Below the pieces are notes generated by a model. The model saw only the letters and a list, made by a program, of their open reading frames with translations, ran no database searches and had not been told where the DNA came from. A DNA stretch of 64,000 nt from Desulfurococcales archaeon (GTDB lineage Archaea > Thermoproteota > Thermoprotei_A > Sulfolobales > Desulfurococcaceae). Within the stretch, counting starts at the first letter, position 1. Each line of letters starts with the position of its first letter. Position numbers and translations under genes: made by a program. The DNA lies in NCBI GenBank assembly GCA_027022365.1, contig JALVYU010000030.1, positions 29,140-93,139 on the forward strand, read 5' to 3'. This document shows positions 49,321 to 58,781 of the stretch, piece after piece.

Positions 49321-50052
49321 TCAGCCCTTAATGATCTTCAGGAATACTTCTTCTAGGCTGGACTCCTCGCTGGCGATCCTCTTGATCTCTTCGACTGTGC
49401 CCTCCGCGACTAGTCTCCCCTTGTTTATTATCCCTACCCGAGTGCAGAAGCGCTCAACCATGTCGAGCAGATGACTCGATATAAGGGCCGTGGCACCGCT
49501 CGACACAAGTCTCTTTACCTCTTTCTTGAAGAAGTGCTGGGCCTCCGGATCCATTCCCGCCATGGGCTCATCCATAACCATTAGCTTGGGCCTGACGAGG
49601 AAGGCCGCGGTGACGAGTACTTTCTGCAGCATGCCTCTCGAGAGCTGGTAGAGCATAGTGTTTTCTTTCTCCGAGAGACTGAATCCCTCAACGAGGTACT
49701 CGGCATAATCAGCTATCTCCTCCCACCTAATATTCCTCAGCCCGGTTATGAATCGGAGGAACTCCTTCACAGTGAGGTTCTTGAACACCACGGGGTTTTC
49801 GGGGACATAGCTTGTCAGCTTCAACGCTTCAACCCTGTTCTTCATGACGCTTCTCCCGTAGATCAGTACTCCGCCCTTATCGGGTTTCAGCAGCCCCACA
49901 GTTATCTTTAGTGTCGTTGATTTCCCGGCCCCATTAGGGCCTATCAGGCCATATATTTCCCCTTCATTGATCGTTAGGGAGAGGCCTCTCAAGGCCCTGA
50001 CTCCTCCGGGATAAGTCTTATGCAGGTCCGCAAGGACTAGCGCGTTTACCAA
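49321..50052 (-). CDS. ABC transporter ATP-binding protein
   Basis: GPNGAGKST, LSRGM, MDEP, SSH; start TTG 50052 after GGTGA. Confidence 0.93.
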   Translation of the reverse strand: MVNALVLADLHKTYPGGVRALRGLSLTINEGEIYGLIGPNGAGKSTTLKITVGLLKPDKGGVLIYGRSVMKNRVEALKLTSYVPENPVVFKNLTVKEFLRFITGLRNIRWEEIADYAEYLVEGFSLSEKENTMLYQLSRGMLQKVLVTAAFLVRPKLMVMDEPMAGMDPEAQHFFKKEVKRLVSSGATALISSHLLDMVERFCTRVGIINKGRLVAEGTVEEIKRIASEESSLEEVFLKIIKG

Positions 50053-50213
50053 ACAATGATCACCGTGGCGGCTTATTTGAAAATAATTTATTTCAGAGTT
50101 TCTCCTGCTTGAACTATTAGTAATTTCCACGCGGCTTAAAACGTTTATTAGCAGGATAAACGTGTAGGGATAGAACATTATTACCTTGCTTTAAGCACGG
50201 GGATGGCCCGGGT

Positions 50214-51635
50214 TTAACGTATTTCCTTGTACATGTAGGGGCTCCATACAGGGTGGCTGTACCCTAGTTTCTCATAGTATTTCCTCACACCTATACCGCT
50301 TATAACCAGTATTCTCCGCGCGTCGAACTCTTCGACAGCTATTCTTTCCGCCTCCATCATCAGCCTGCGCCCTATCCCGCGATGCTGTATTTCGCCCTTA
50401 ACTCCGAGCGGTGTCTCGGGCCCGTATACGTGTAGTTCCCTTATGATCGCTGTCCTCGAGTCTATCTCGGGCCTATGCGCGTAGGGGCTGGGAATCCTCA
50501 TCCTTAGGATCCCGAGAACTATGTCTTGCACAGTATCCTTCATTTCGAGGAAAACCTCCGTTCCTCCGCCGGCCTCATACGTTATCCTGGCGATCCTAGT
50601 GTGCCTCGGATCGGGTCTCCTGCCATACTTGTATAGCTGGAGACCGGCCTCCCTATACCTGATCTCCCGTATCCTGACGCCTTTCTCCCGGCATCTCTTC
50701 TCAACCAGCTCTCTCAGGTTAGCCTTCCTTGTCCCTGCCACTACCTCGTCGGCGGGTATGTCTCGCCTTATCCTCATCACTCTAACATATTCTGGGATGT
50801 ACCTGTACATCTCCGATATGATCTCAACAGCTTCTTCGTCGCTGTAGGGCCTGTACTCGCCCCTCTTCCACATCTCATAGAGCTCGGTTCCCGGGACGAC
50901 TTCTGTTGGATAGATTTTCAGCATGTCAGGCCTATAGCCGGGATCCTCGAAGATCTCCCTGATCATCTCTATGTCCCTATCAGGATCACTTCCCGGGAGG
51001 CCTAGCATGACGTGGTATACGATCTTGAAGCCGGCGTCACGGAGTATTCTTGTAGAGAGCCTCGTGGCCCTGCTTGTATGTCCCCTCCTGATCTTCTCGA
51101 GGACGTCATCGTATATGCTCTGGACACCCAGCTCGACACGGGTAGCCCCGAGATACAGTAGTCTGTCGGCGTGGCTCCACAATCCATAGTCGGGCCGGGT
51201 CTCGATTGTGAGGCCGACGCATCTCTTTTGAGCAGTCTCGTTGCGTAGCTGCGCGTTCAAGAGACTCCATTTCCTCGGCGGCTCGGGGTCCGGGTACCTG
51301 TTCAGGGCCTCGAGAGCCATGGCGATAAACCATTCCTGGTACCGTGGAGGTAGGGCCAGGAATGTGCCGCCCATAACTATGAGCTCGATCTTCTGGGCGC
51401 TGTGCCCGAACAACTCGTATTGGCGGAGACGCCACCATACCTGCCTGTAGGGGTGGAACCCGAATCTCCTGGCCCTCCTCAGGGCGGGCTCATTGCCGAA
51501 ATAGCTCTTAGGCCCGTTCCATCCGGGGCCGCCGGGACAGTAAATACAGTTGCCCAGACACGGTAATGGGTGGGTCATAACAGCGACCACGGATACCCCG
51601 CTGAGCATCCGCGACGGCTTCTTAATCCTTGTCAT
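50214..51635 (-). CDS. elp3: tRNA uridine(34) acetyltransferase Elp3 (radical SAM + KAT)
   Basis: SGVSVVAVM..CLGNCIYCPGG, IETRPD, ELGVQS, RELHVYG, QHRGIG, ISGIGVR.YY; start ATG 51635 inferred. Confidence 0.95.
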   Translation of the reverse strand: MTRIKKPSRMLSGVSVVAVMTHPLPCLGNCIYCPGGPGWNGPKSYFGNEPALRRARRFGFHPYRQVWWRLRQYELFGHSAQKIELIVMGGTFLALPPRYQEWFIAMALEALNRYPDPEPPRKWSLLNAQLRNETAQKRCVGLTIETRPDYGLWSHADRLLYLGATRVELGVQSIYDDVLEKIRRGHTSRATRLSTRILRDAGFKIVYHVMLGLPGSDPDRDIEMIREIFEDPGYRPDMLKIYPTEVVPGTELYEMWKRGEYRPYSDEEAVEIISEMYRYIPEYVRVMRIRRDIPADEVVAGTRKANLRELVEKRCREKGVRIREIRYREAGLQLYKYGRRPDPRHTRIARITYEAGGGTEVFLEMKDTVQDIVLGILRMRIPSPYAHRPEIDSRTAIIRELHVYGPETPLGVKGEIQHRGIGRRLMMEAERIAVEEFDARRILVISGIGVRKYYEKLGYSHPVWSPYMYKEIR

Positions 51636-51917
51636 GCCGGAAGCTCTATTCGCCAAGATTGTTCGCCTGCCCGGCTTATTGGATGCATCATTGGATGTTG
51701 TCCCGTCGAATATTTTCTCTGAATGAATTAGCCCTGGGCACCCGTTATTTATTATGTGTGGCTTGCCGTGTAATACATGAATATATTGTGTTATCATATT
51801 TTTATGGTGAGTACTAGATGTAATCTCCTAGTCTCGTTACATTACATATAATATTATATGGTATAGTAGGTGGAAACCTCCAACCAGCTATTATGGGTGA
51901 AGACGGGCACCTCGTAG

Positions 51918-52868
51918 CTATAGGCTCAAGTCAACATCTGTATCCGTCGGGTACGTGGTCTGTACTGCTTCTCGGAGGCTCATATAGTCTATTAGCATGT
52001 CCGGTGAGACCTGCGGGGCTGGTATCTCGTGTTCTACGTATTCTGTTGTGCTTGGCTTTGCGAAGTATATCCCGTATGCTGTGATGTATAGTCGTAGGGT
52101 CTCCATGGGGTAGTCGATGTGTTTTAGCAGTTCGATGTCCGGCTCGACGGTGATCATTGATCTTGACGTGAGGCTTCCCCCGTATCTTTCAGCGATCACC
52201 GAGACAATGGTTTTCACGGCGTCTCTGACCATATCCGGATCTAGATCTAATGCTTTGCCCGGAGGAGCAAGCCGGGCCATAGGAATTATGGCCTCATATA
52301 TGGGGAGATTAATAAGTAGTCCAAGCGGTACATAGCCCGCCCATAAATAGAGTACAGGTGTTTTGACTGAGAAGGGCATGTATGGTGGTAACACCCTAAG
52401 GAATAATATGTTGTAGTTGTTGAGGTAATCAATGTAGATCAATCCACCGATCCTCCTCGTCTTCTCGAGAAACTTTATGATACAGTGGCCATCCTCCATG
52501 CAGAGAGACTTCGCGGGCCACTCAAGTAATTCTTTCAATCTCATAGAAGCTTCCCTAACGAGTTTAAGCCATACAGGTAGACCGGATAACATGTACTTCT
52601 GGATAGCACCTACACGTTCTTCCAGTTTTTCCTCCACACATCTACCTAGCGGGAGGAAAGAGTAGACGGGTATTTCCTCGGGGACCCGGACATAGAGGAT
52701 CCGGCGCTTCACATTATTAATCCTTATTTTCCCGATCGCATGCGCCTCGATATTGTCGACTCTATAGCGCATCTTCAGCTTCTCGATGAATTCTTCGAGG
52801 AGCTTATGGTTGGGACAAATATGCAAGGCCTTTCTCCGTTCAATCATTCTGGGTGCTGTTTCCACCAT
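51918..52868 (-). CDS. Hypothetical protein
   Basis: 316-aa ORF, no motif recognised. Confidence 0.65.
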   Translation of the reverse strand: MVETAPRMIERRKALHICPNHKLLEEFIEKLKMRYRVDNIEAHAIGKIRINNVKRRILYVRVPEEIPVYSFLPLGRCVEEKLEERVGAIQKYMLSGLPVWLKLVREASMRLKELLEWPAKSLCMEDGHCIIKFLEKTRRIGGLIYIDYLNNYNILFLRVLPPYMPFSVKTPVLYLWAGYVPLGLLINLPIYEAIIPMARLAPPGKALDLDPDMVRDAVKTIVSVIAERYGGSLTSRSMITVEPDIELLKHIDYPMETLRLYITAYGIYFAKPSTTEYVEHEIPAPQVSPDMLIDYMSLREAVQTTYPTDTDVDLSL

Positions 52869-52983
52869 ATTGATACGGTCTAGTAATAAGATTAATCTCT
52901 TTGAGCTTTATACAAGAGAATATTTTGGTTTACAGACATAAACACATATATGGCATACATATTCCTAGCCCTGTAGGGAATTA

Positions 52984-55374
52984 TTGATGACCCCCTACCG
53001 TAGGAGAATCATAGTCGTGATGGTTGTTGTAGCCCTTGTGGCTACGGCTTTATTGGCTGGACTAAGGCTTAGAGGTAGTGGTGAATCAGGGGTTTCATTC
53101 AGGGTCATGGATTCACGGGAGGTTTCCTCTTTTCTCGAAAGTATAAGTGTTAGTGGGTCGTTTTCATGGCTACTGGGCGGGCTGGCACGACCCAAAGGCT
53201 ATATAAGGATCCTTGATTCTCCGCCCTACACGATGGTCTCCCCTAACCCGAGGCCTCTGATGGAGGGTATGTATGATGTCGAGCCCTACAACCTGACGTT
53301 TTATCTCGAGGATGTATTGGGGGAGAAGCATGAGACGCTGTATAGCGGGGTCTACAGGACTAGCTATGGCGCAGTGATCTACGTAGATATAATGGTTTAT
53401 GGGGAGGGATCAAGGGAGAGAGCCCTAGCCATAATATATGCGGGGATAAACGATACGGCTGCATGGGACAGGCTTGTCGCCGGGTACGTTGTCCTCTCCG
53501 GCCTGGGATACAAGACCGTTAGGGACGCGTTGCTCCAAATATATGGTATTTACAAGTACGGGGGATACCGGCCCGGCCTAGTCCTATGGAGGATCCCCTT
53601 CCCCTCACGGGGAGGCAGGATAGTTGTTGATGGCCGCCAGATCCCGTTGGACGCACTGGTAGCTCTCTCGATGCCCTTGTATCCCCTGACAAGCAGTCTA
53701 GGATGGCTAGAACAAACGGTTGAGACGCTGTACTGGGCGCTGGTGGGTCAGCCAGCGTTTAGCCTGGCATTAAGACTAACGTATCCGCCGGGAGCGAGTC
53801 CGAGGGACATATATGTAGGGGATTTGCCGAGGATTCTAAGGGCGATAGCTTATCCCGGCGTAGTGTATAGTAGCCCCGGAGAGATCTACGAGACACCATT
53901 GATCATGAGGCTCAAAGGCGTAGGGGTTTGCGGGGACTTCAGCCTCTCCGCCATGATCCTGGGTGATTCCGGTTTCTCAGCCCCCGTGTTGAAGCTGAGC
54001 GGGAGAGACCCTAGGACTGGCCAGCCTCACAGCATCGCCGTCCTCCTGGTACCCTCTGAAATATACGGTGAGGGCGTGACGGGGATCGATATAGATGGTG
54101 ATGGTGTTCCCGACACCCTTATAAAGATCACGGACACGGCCGGACTTCCCTGGAGTCTACTCGAGAAAGCAGGGTTCACGGAAAGCTATATCCTGGATCC
54201 CGGCCCCACCCTCTATAGTGTTGACCCACCGCTCAACAAGGGGACGTCTAACTGGGTCTACTGCTTCCTTGCAGGGTACCCGCTCCTATACCGCGGCCTC
54301 CCCAGGGTTCTCCGCATGCCGTGGTCTAACGAGACATTAGGGCTTATGCGGCAAATATTCATGGAGAAGACCGGCGAGGAGCCCCCTTCCACGAACACGT
54401 ACATATTAGCAGCGTGGGCTTATACTAGAAAACTCATCACGCCCGACAGGTACTACTGGATCGTAAACACTACCCTGGAGACGCCGCCTGAGAGAGTAGC
54501 GGAGCTGATCACGGGATATATGCCGGTCAATACCAGTCTTTACGCCGGGCTAAATCCCTGGTGCGAAGTAGCCGCCTTCTTTCTCGAGAAATACATGGGG
54601 CCAAAAACAACCGGAGAACGAGGAGTACTGCTTGGCGGTAAAGGAGAATACGTTGCCGCCGAACAAGTGCTGGGAGCGGTCTGGAGGGCATACAGCGGCA
54701 CAACAACAATTGTTACCAAGAACCTAGTAGTGGTAGGCCTCAGGCCTACGTACAGGAATGTCATCAAAGACGGTCTGCCGTTAAACATATTCACCGGCTG
54801 GACATCGGCTCGTGGGAGAACAATAAGCGTTTGGCTCGAACCATTAAATCTAGCGAAATACGTTTATGGCTCGACGGTAGTCCTTGATGGCCGCGTGGCC
54901 CACACTACAATAGTAATGCCTCCCCTCAGCGATAAGCTCATCAAGATAAACAGTACCTACATCCTCTTAGTACAAGAGAGAACGGCTTGCCCAGACATCA
55001 TAGTTACCGCCAAGATCATTCCCTCCTACCCGTACCCGACGTACACCTACTACAAGCTCGAACACATATACGGTACAAACATAATAGTGAGAATAATGGG
55101 GGAGGCCCTCGATAGAGAGCTAAGTTTATCAATCATATTGTCGGGGATACCGCCCGTGGAGCCGGAGATGATAAATCCCTATGTGTTCACGCCGAACAAG
55201 ACATTTACAACACTACCCTATAATGCAACCTATAACGGATACCTTAATATCACCATAAACACCGGTGTCGCCGCACCGGTGCAGGCCAACACTATAATCG
55301 GCGTCAAAATATCGGGGAATACCTGTATAAACATCTACATATTATTGCCGTCGAAGCAGATCGCCCGGTACTGA
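52984..55374 (+). CDS. Membrane-anchored transglutaminase-like (Cys-His-Asp) surface protein
   Basis: N-terminal anchor; GVCGDFS, PHSIA, ITDTA triad; DIDGDG; paralog of 38737-41130. Confidence 0.7.
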   Translation: MMTPYRRRIIVVMVVVALVATALLAGLRLRGSGESGVSFRVMDSREVSSFLESISVSGSFSWLLGGLARPKGYIRILDSPPYTMVSPNPRPLMEGMYDVEPYNLTFYLEDVLGEKHETLYSGVYRTSYGAVIYVDIMVYGEGSRERALAIIYAGINDTAAWDRLVAGYVVLSGLGYKTVRDALLQIYGIYKYGGYRPGLVLWRIPFPSRGGRIVVDGRQIPLDALVALSMPLYPLTSSLGWLEQTVETLYWALVGQPAFSLALRLTYPPGASPRDIYVGDLPRILRAIAYPGVVYSSPGEIYETPLIMRLKGVGVCGDFSLSAMILGDSGFSAPVLKLSGRDPRTGQPHSIAVLLVPSEIYGEGVTGIDIDGDGVPDTLIKITDTAGLPWSLLEKAGFTESYILDPGPTLYSVDPPLNKGTSNWVYCFLAGYPLLYRGLPRVLRMPWSNETLGLMRQIFMEKTGEEPPSTNTYILAAWAYTRKLITPDRYYWIVNTTLETPPERVAELITGYMPVNTSLYAGLNPWCEVAAFFLEKYMGPKTTGERGVLLGGKGEYVAAEQVLGAVWRAYSGTTTIVTKNLVVVGLRPTYRNVIKDGLPLNIFTGWTSARGRTISVWLEPLNLAKYVYGSTVVLDGRVAHTTIVMPPLSDKLIKINSTYILLVQERTACPDIIVTAKIIPSYPYPTYTYYKLEHIYGTNIIVRIMGEALDRELSLSIILSGIPPVEPEMINPYVFTPNKTFTTLPYNATYNGYLNITINTGVAAPVQANTIIGVKISGNTCINIYILLPSKQIARY

Positions 55375-55494
55375 TGCTGTAATACACGGGACAATGTATG
55401 GGGAGCACGGCCATCTACAAGGGGCCTCGACGCCAACCGGTTCTCGGTAAAGATAATAGTAGCGGGTATGAGCGTGTGCTGGCTTGAACGCATA

Positions 55495-55818
55495 TTATTT
55501 TAAAGAATTAAGTCTGGAGCGTACAGCAACTGGTAGGACAACGTGTTCAGCCACAACTAGCTCTACGTCTGAGCGTAGTGGCAATGGCTTCTCCGATCTT
55601 GTTAATACCGTGAATCCTCCGTACTTCGCCGCGTAGATATAGGTTTTCCTCTTGCGGACGACGCCCTCATTCTTAACGGCCAAAACAACGACGGCGTCTC
55701 GTCCAAGCCTGTTAATGATCTTGAGGAACTCAGTGGGCTTCATAATAAGGAACCCATAGACAAACATGGTTTCCGAAGCGTATAGGCCGGGCGGTACAGC
55801 GGTGTATGTGGGCGTCAT
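55495..55818 (-). CDS. Small hypothetical protein
   Basis: GGTG before ATG 55818; protein-like MKPTEFLKIIN...YAAKYGGFTVLTRSEKPLP. Confidence 0.6.
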   Translation of the reverse strand: MTPTYTAVPPGLYASETMFVYGFLIMKPTEFLKIINRLGRDAVVVLAVKNEGVVRKRKTYIYAAKYGGFTVLTRSEKPLPLRSDVELVVAEHVVLPVAVRSRLNSLK

Positions 55819-56062
55819 TGAGATACACCATATATGCTTGTTGCTGAAATCGATTGTTATTAATATGATGTGGATCGTCATAAATCCTTTGTTCTCTTCT
55901 TGCCCGTAAACAGGCTTCCCCTTCATCAACGACGTGGTATTCTTTCGTGCTATATACGTATTGTCTTGTGTATGTATTTGTATTGATTAGCGATAGTCTT
56001 ATTTTATCTCCCGGACATTTTCTTGGGTAATAAGCACGGATGTTAGGAGGTGCTCCTCGGCT

Positions 56063-56854
56063 TTGGCCTTGTTGCCCGTGATAGCTGAGACTGTGTTCCG
56101 CAGCAGGGATTCGATCGAGAGGATTGTCCCGCGTCTCAGGGGTTTGGTCGAAGCATTTGATCTTCCTGAGAGCCCGTTGGGTCTTCCGATGCCTTCCTCG
56201 ATCCCCTTGTCCGTGTTTCTGAGCCTCGGCTATGGTGTCAGTGTTATTCCTCACGTCAGGCTCTTAGACCATAACGAGCTGGGGCTGATCTCGCTTATCC
56301 AGGGCCTCTGGCTCTCTGGTGTTGACAAGGTATTATTGACTATAGGTGATAAACCCGGGATCGGCAGGGCCCTTTGTGGATGGGAGAGGAGCGAGGAGGC
56401 CGTCGAGTGGATCAAGAGGTATGAGCCGAGTATGAGTGTTGGCCTCATCATCAGCCTTAACTACTCGTTAGACAGGATCGTCGAGAGGTTGAGGTCGCAG
56501 GCCGACTTCTTCTATGTCATGTACTTATCAGGGGAGACAATGGAGAAGTACGAGAAGGTCGTGGCAGCGGCGCGGAGGCTCGGCAAGAAGATCATGCCAT
56601 ACCTGATCATCCGTACAAGGAGGAATGAAGAAATAATAGAGCATCTAGGCCAGCCCCACGTAGACATCGAGGATCTAGAGGTGTGGGCGGCGATGCTGAG
56701 GGATAAGGCTGACGCAGTAATCCTGAGCGTTCCCGGGGACCGTCAGGGCCTTGTCGAGGCGGTTGAGATCGCCCGGAGGGCATCCCGGATAACAGTCTAT
56801 ACACGGCCCCGGGAGGCCGGGGATCTAGAAGAGGATGTGGGTGAGGATAATTGA
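56063..56854 (+). CDS. Methylenetetrahydrofolate reductase-like (MetF fold) protein
   Basis: DLPESPLG, IPHVRLLDHN...L.S...G....GVDKVLLTIGDKP matches the MTHFR H-x-R-x-x-D-x-N and GD motifs. Confidence 0.75.
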   Translation: MALLPVIAETVFRSRDSIERIVPRLRGLVEAFDLPESPLGLPMPSSIPLSVFLSLGYGVSVIPHVRLLDHNELGLISLIQGLWLSGVDKVLLTIGDKPGIGRALCGWERSEEAVEWIKRYEPSMSVGLIISLNYSLDRIVERLRSQADFFYVMYLSGETMEKYEKVVAAARRLGKKIMPYLIIRTRRNEEIIEHLGQPHVDIEDLEVWAAMLRDKADAVILSVPGDRQGLVEAVEIARRASRITVYTRPREAGDLEEDVGEDN

Positions 56855-57810
56855 TCAGGACAAGCCATGTAGGTAGTTTCCCCTTCACCTACAAGCCCGG
56901 GATAATCTGTAAGATAATGGGTGAGCTCCGAAGAATAGGGCTCGACGCTCCTCCTTATCCCCAGGTACGTGATTTCGTAGAAATATATCTTGACCCCTTC
57001 GTCGAGGCCGGCCTGCTCGAGAAGAGGAACGGCTTCTACCACGCCGATCCAGACAGCCTTATAGGCGCTGAGCCGCCCCTCCCCGTCCTCCGCGAGGCAG
57101 AGGAAGCAGCGGAGTGCAGGGAGGGCTTCAAGTGGCTCCGAGGCCCCGTGACCGGTGTCTTCACACTCGCGAGCAAGATATACTGGAGGGAAGGCCTCGG
57201 CCTAGAAAACACCCTCCTAGCCAAAAAGGATGTGGTCAGGGGCTTCCTGGCGCGCTACGTTAGGAGGGCGGCGGAGAAACTCGTCGGTCTAGGCTACAAT
57301 ATAATCTTCTTCGACGAGCCGATCCTGGGCGTGATGGTCGGTAGGAGGAGGATCCTGTACGGATACGGCGAGGAGGACATCCGGGGTCTCTACACCAATA
57401 TAATGAAGGGCCTCCCCGCTGAGAAGGGCATCCACGTCTGCGGGAGGGTCTCGGACAAGTTGTTCCAGCTATTAACGAGCATAGATGAGCTGAGATACAT
57501 AAACCTGGAATTCCACGACAGCCGGAGAAACCTTCAAGTAATAGATCCGGAAGCCCTCGAGCGGGGAGACAAGATCCTGGCTCCCGGTGTTGCGAGCTCT
57601 AAGCGGCCCGTCGTGGAGCCCGTGGAGGATATCCGGGGCCTCCTAAAGGAAGTATACGTGAGGGCTGGGGGGAGGATAGACCTAGTATCCGCCGACTGCG
57701 GCTTCGGAGGCCTAAGCGGGGCGCTCCCCGAGGAGGATCTATGGGGTATTGTTCTCGGTAAGCTAAAGAACATAGTCTATGCGGTTAGGGGGCTCGGGGA
57801 GAACCCGTAG
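56851..57810 (+). CDS. Single-domain ('core') methionine synthase, MetE C-terminal-like
   Basis: TSHVGSFP, GPVTG.FTLA, FFDEP, Zn ligands IHVCG / NLEF / SADCGFG, K.LAPGV. Confidence 0.82.
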   Translation: MIRTSHVGSFPFTYKPGIICKIMGELRRIGLDAPPYPQVRDFVEIYLDPFVEAGLLEKRNGFYHADPDSLIGAEPPLPVLREAEEAAECREGFKWLRGPVTGVFTLASKIYWREGLGLENTLLAKKDVVRGFLARYVRRAAEKLVGLGYNIIFFDEPILGVMVGRRRILYGYGEEDIRGLYTNIMKGLPAEKGIHVCGRVSDKLFQLLTSIDELRYINLEFHDSRRNLQVIDPEALERGDKILAPGVASSKRPVVEPVEDIRGLLKEVYVRAGGRIDLVSADCGFGGLSGALPEEDLWGIVLGKLKNIVYAVRGLGENP

Positions 57811-57818
57811 CTGGGTGG

Positions 57819-58526
57819 TTGATCGTGGGGTGTCCCGATGAGGTCAAAGAGGAGATCAGGGAGTGCCTCGTCGACCTGGACAGGGACTGTGTGCTCGAAA
57901 AGGTGGAGGATGCTCTGAGCCAGGGGTGTAGTGCTACAGAACTTGTCCTCGGCCCGATGAGCGAGGCCATGCAGGAGATCGGCAGGCTCTATGAGGAGGG
58001 CGAATACTTTATCGCGGAGCTGATGGAGGCCGCGGAGATCTTTAAGGAGGCTATGAAGAGGCTCAAGCCCCTCCTCCAGGAGGAGGCGCGGAGGAGGGGC
58101 GGCGGCTCCAAGCTCAGGATAGTGATCGGCACCGTTAAGGGCGACATACACGATATAGGTAAGTCGCTCGTAGCAACAATGCTTGAGGCCGCCGGCTACG
58201 AGGTAATAGACCTAGGCGTCGACGTCCCCCCGGAGAAGTTTGTTGAAGCAGTCAAGAAGTACAAGCCCCGAGTACTGGCTATGAGCGCTCTCCTGACGAG
58301 CACGGCCAAGCGCATGAGGGAAGTCATAGATCTCCTCGAGAAGGAGGGACTACGCGACAAGGTATACATCATAGTCGGCGGAGCGGCCGTGACCCCGGGC
58401 TTCGCGGAGGAGATAGGTGCTGACGCATATGGCGGTACAGCTGTAGACGCAGTCAACATCGTGAAAAACATTAGCCGCAGGGGAAAACAGGGGAACCAGG
58501 AGATACGCGGGGAAGCGGCCACCTAG
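57819..58526 (+). CDS. Stand-alone corrinoid (B12-binding) protein, MtaC/MttC-like
   Basis: Cap domain (M..IG.LYE.GEYFIAEL), GTVKGDIHDIGK, DLGVDVP, MSALLT, VGGA. Confidence 0.92.
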   Translation: MIVGCPDEVKEEIRECLVDLDRDCVLEKVEDALSQGCSATELVLGPMSEAMQEIGRLYEEGEYFIAELMEAAEIFKEAMKRLKPLLQEEARRRGGGSKLRIVIGTVKGDIHDIGKSLVATMLEAAGYEVIDLGVDVPPEKFVEAVKKYKPRVLAMSALLTSTAKRMREVIDLLEKEGLRDKVYIIVGGAAVTPGFAEEIGADAYGGTAVDAVNIVKNISRRGKQGNQEIRGEAAT

Positions 58527-58781
58527 TCCCGCATTATGGAAGCGGTGAAGGCCCCTGCTCCTCGTGGACAGCGTGGCCACCGAGAAGATAGCAGGTTTAC
58601 TAAACATCTTCTCCCCGGCCACTCCTCAGCTTTCCGTATCGGTGGGAATACATGGTCGTAGCTGTGGTGCATGGCCCGGTACTAGGGTACCTCGATTTTT
58701 CCCGGCCACGTTGATGGCGGGTTCTTCATGGATAGCATTATAAGCCGGGTGAATAAGACCAGATTGTACTTGGAGGTAGGA

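Noticed and set aside
51636-51797. N-terminal extension of Elp3 in the ORF track
   Set aside because: AT-rich and not protein-like; homology begins at MTRIKKPSRMLSG (51635), so it is likely upstream non-coding sequence.
51845-51860. 16-bp AT palindrome CATATAATATTATATG upstream of elp3
   Set aside because: Almost entirely A/T in an AT-rich promoter region with no adjacent regulator, so it is plausibly chance or TATA-related.
58480-58720. Cobalamin riboswitch between corrinoid and activator genes
   Set aside because: Only scattered GGGAA/GCCAC words; the ordered B12-box elements are absent.
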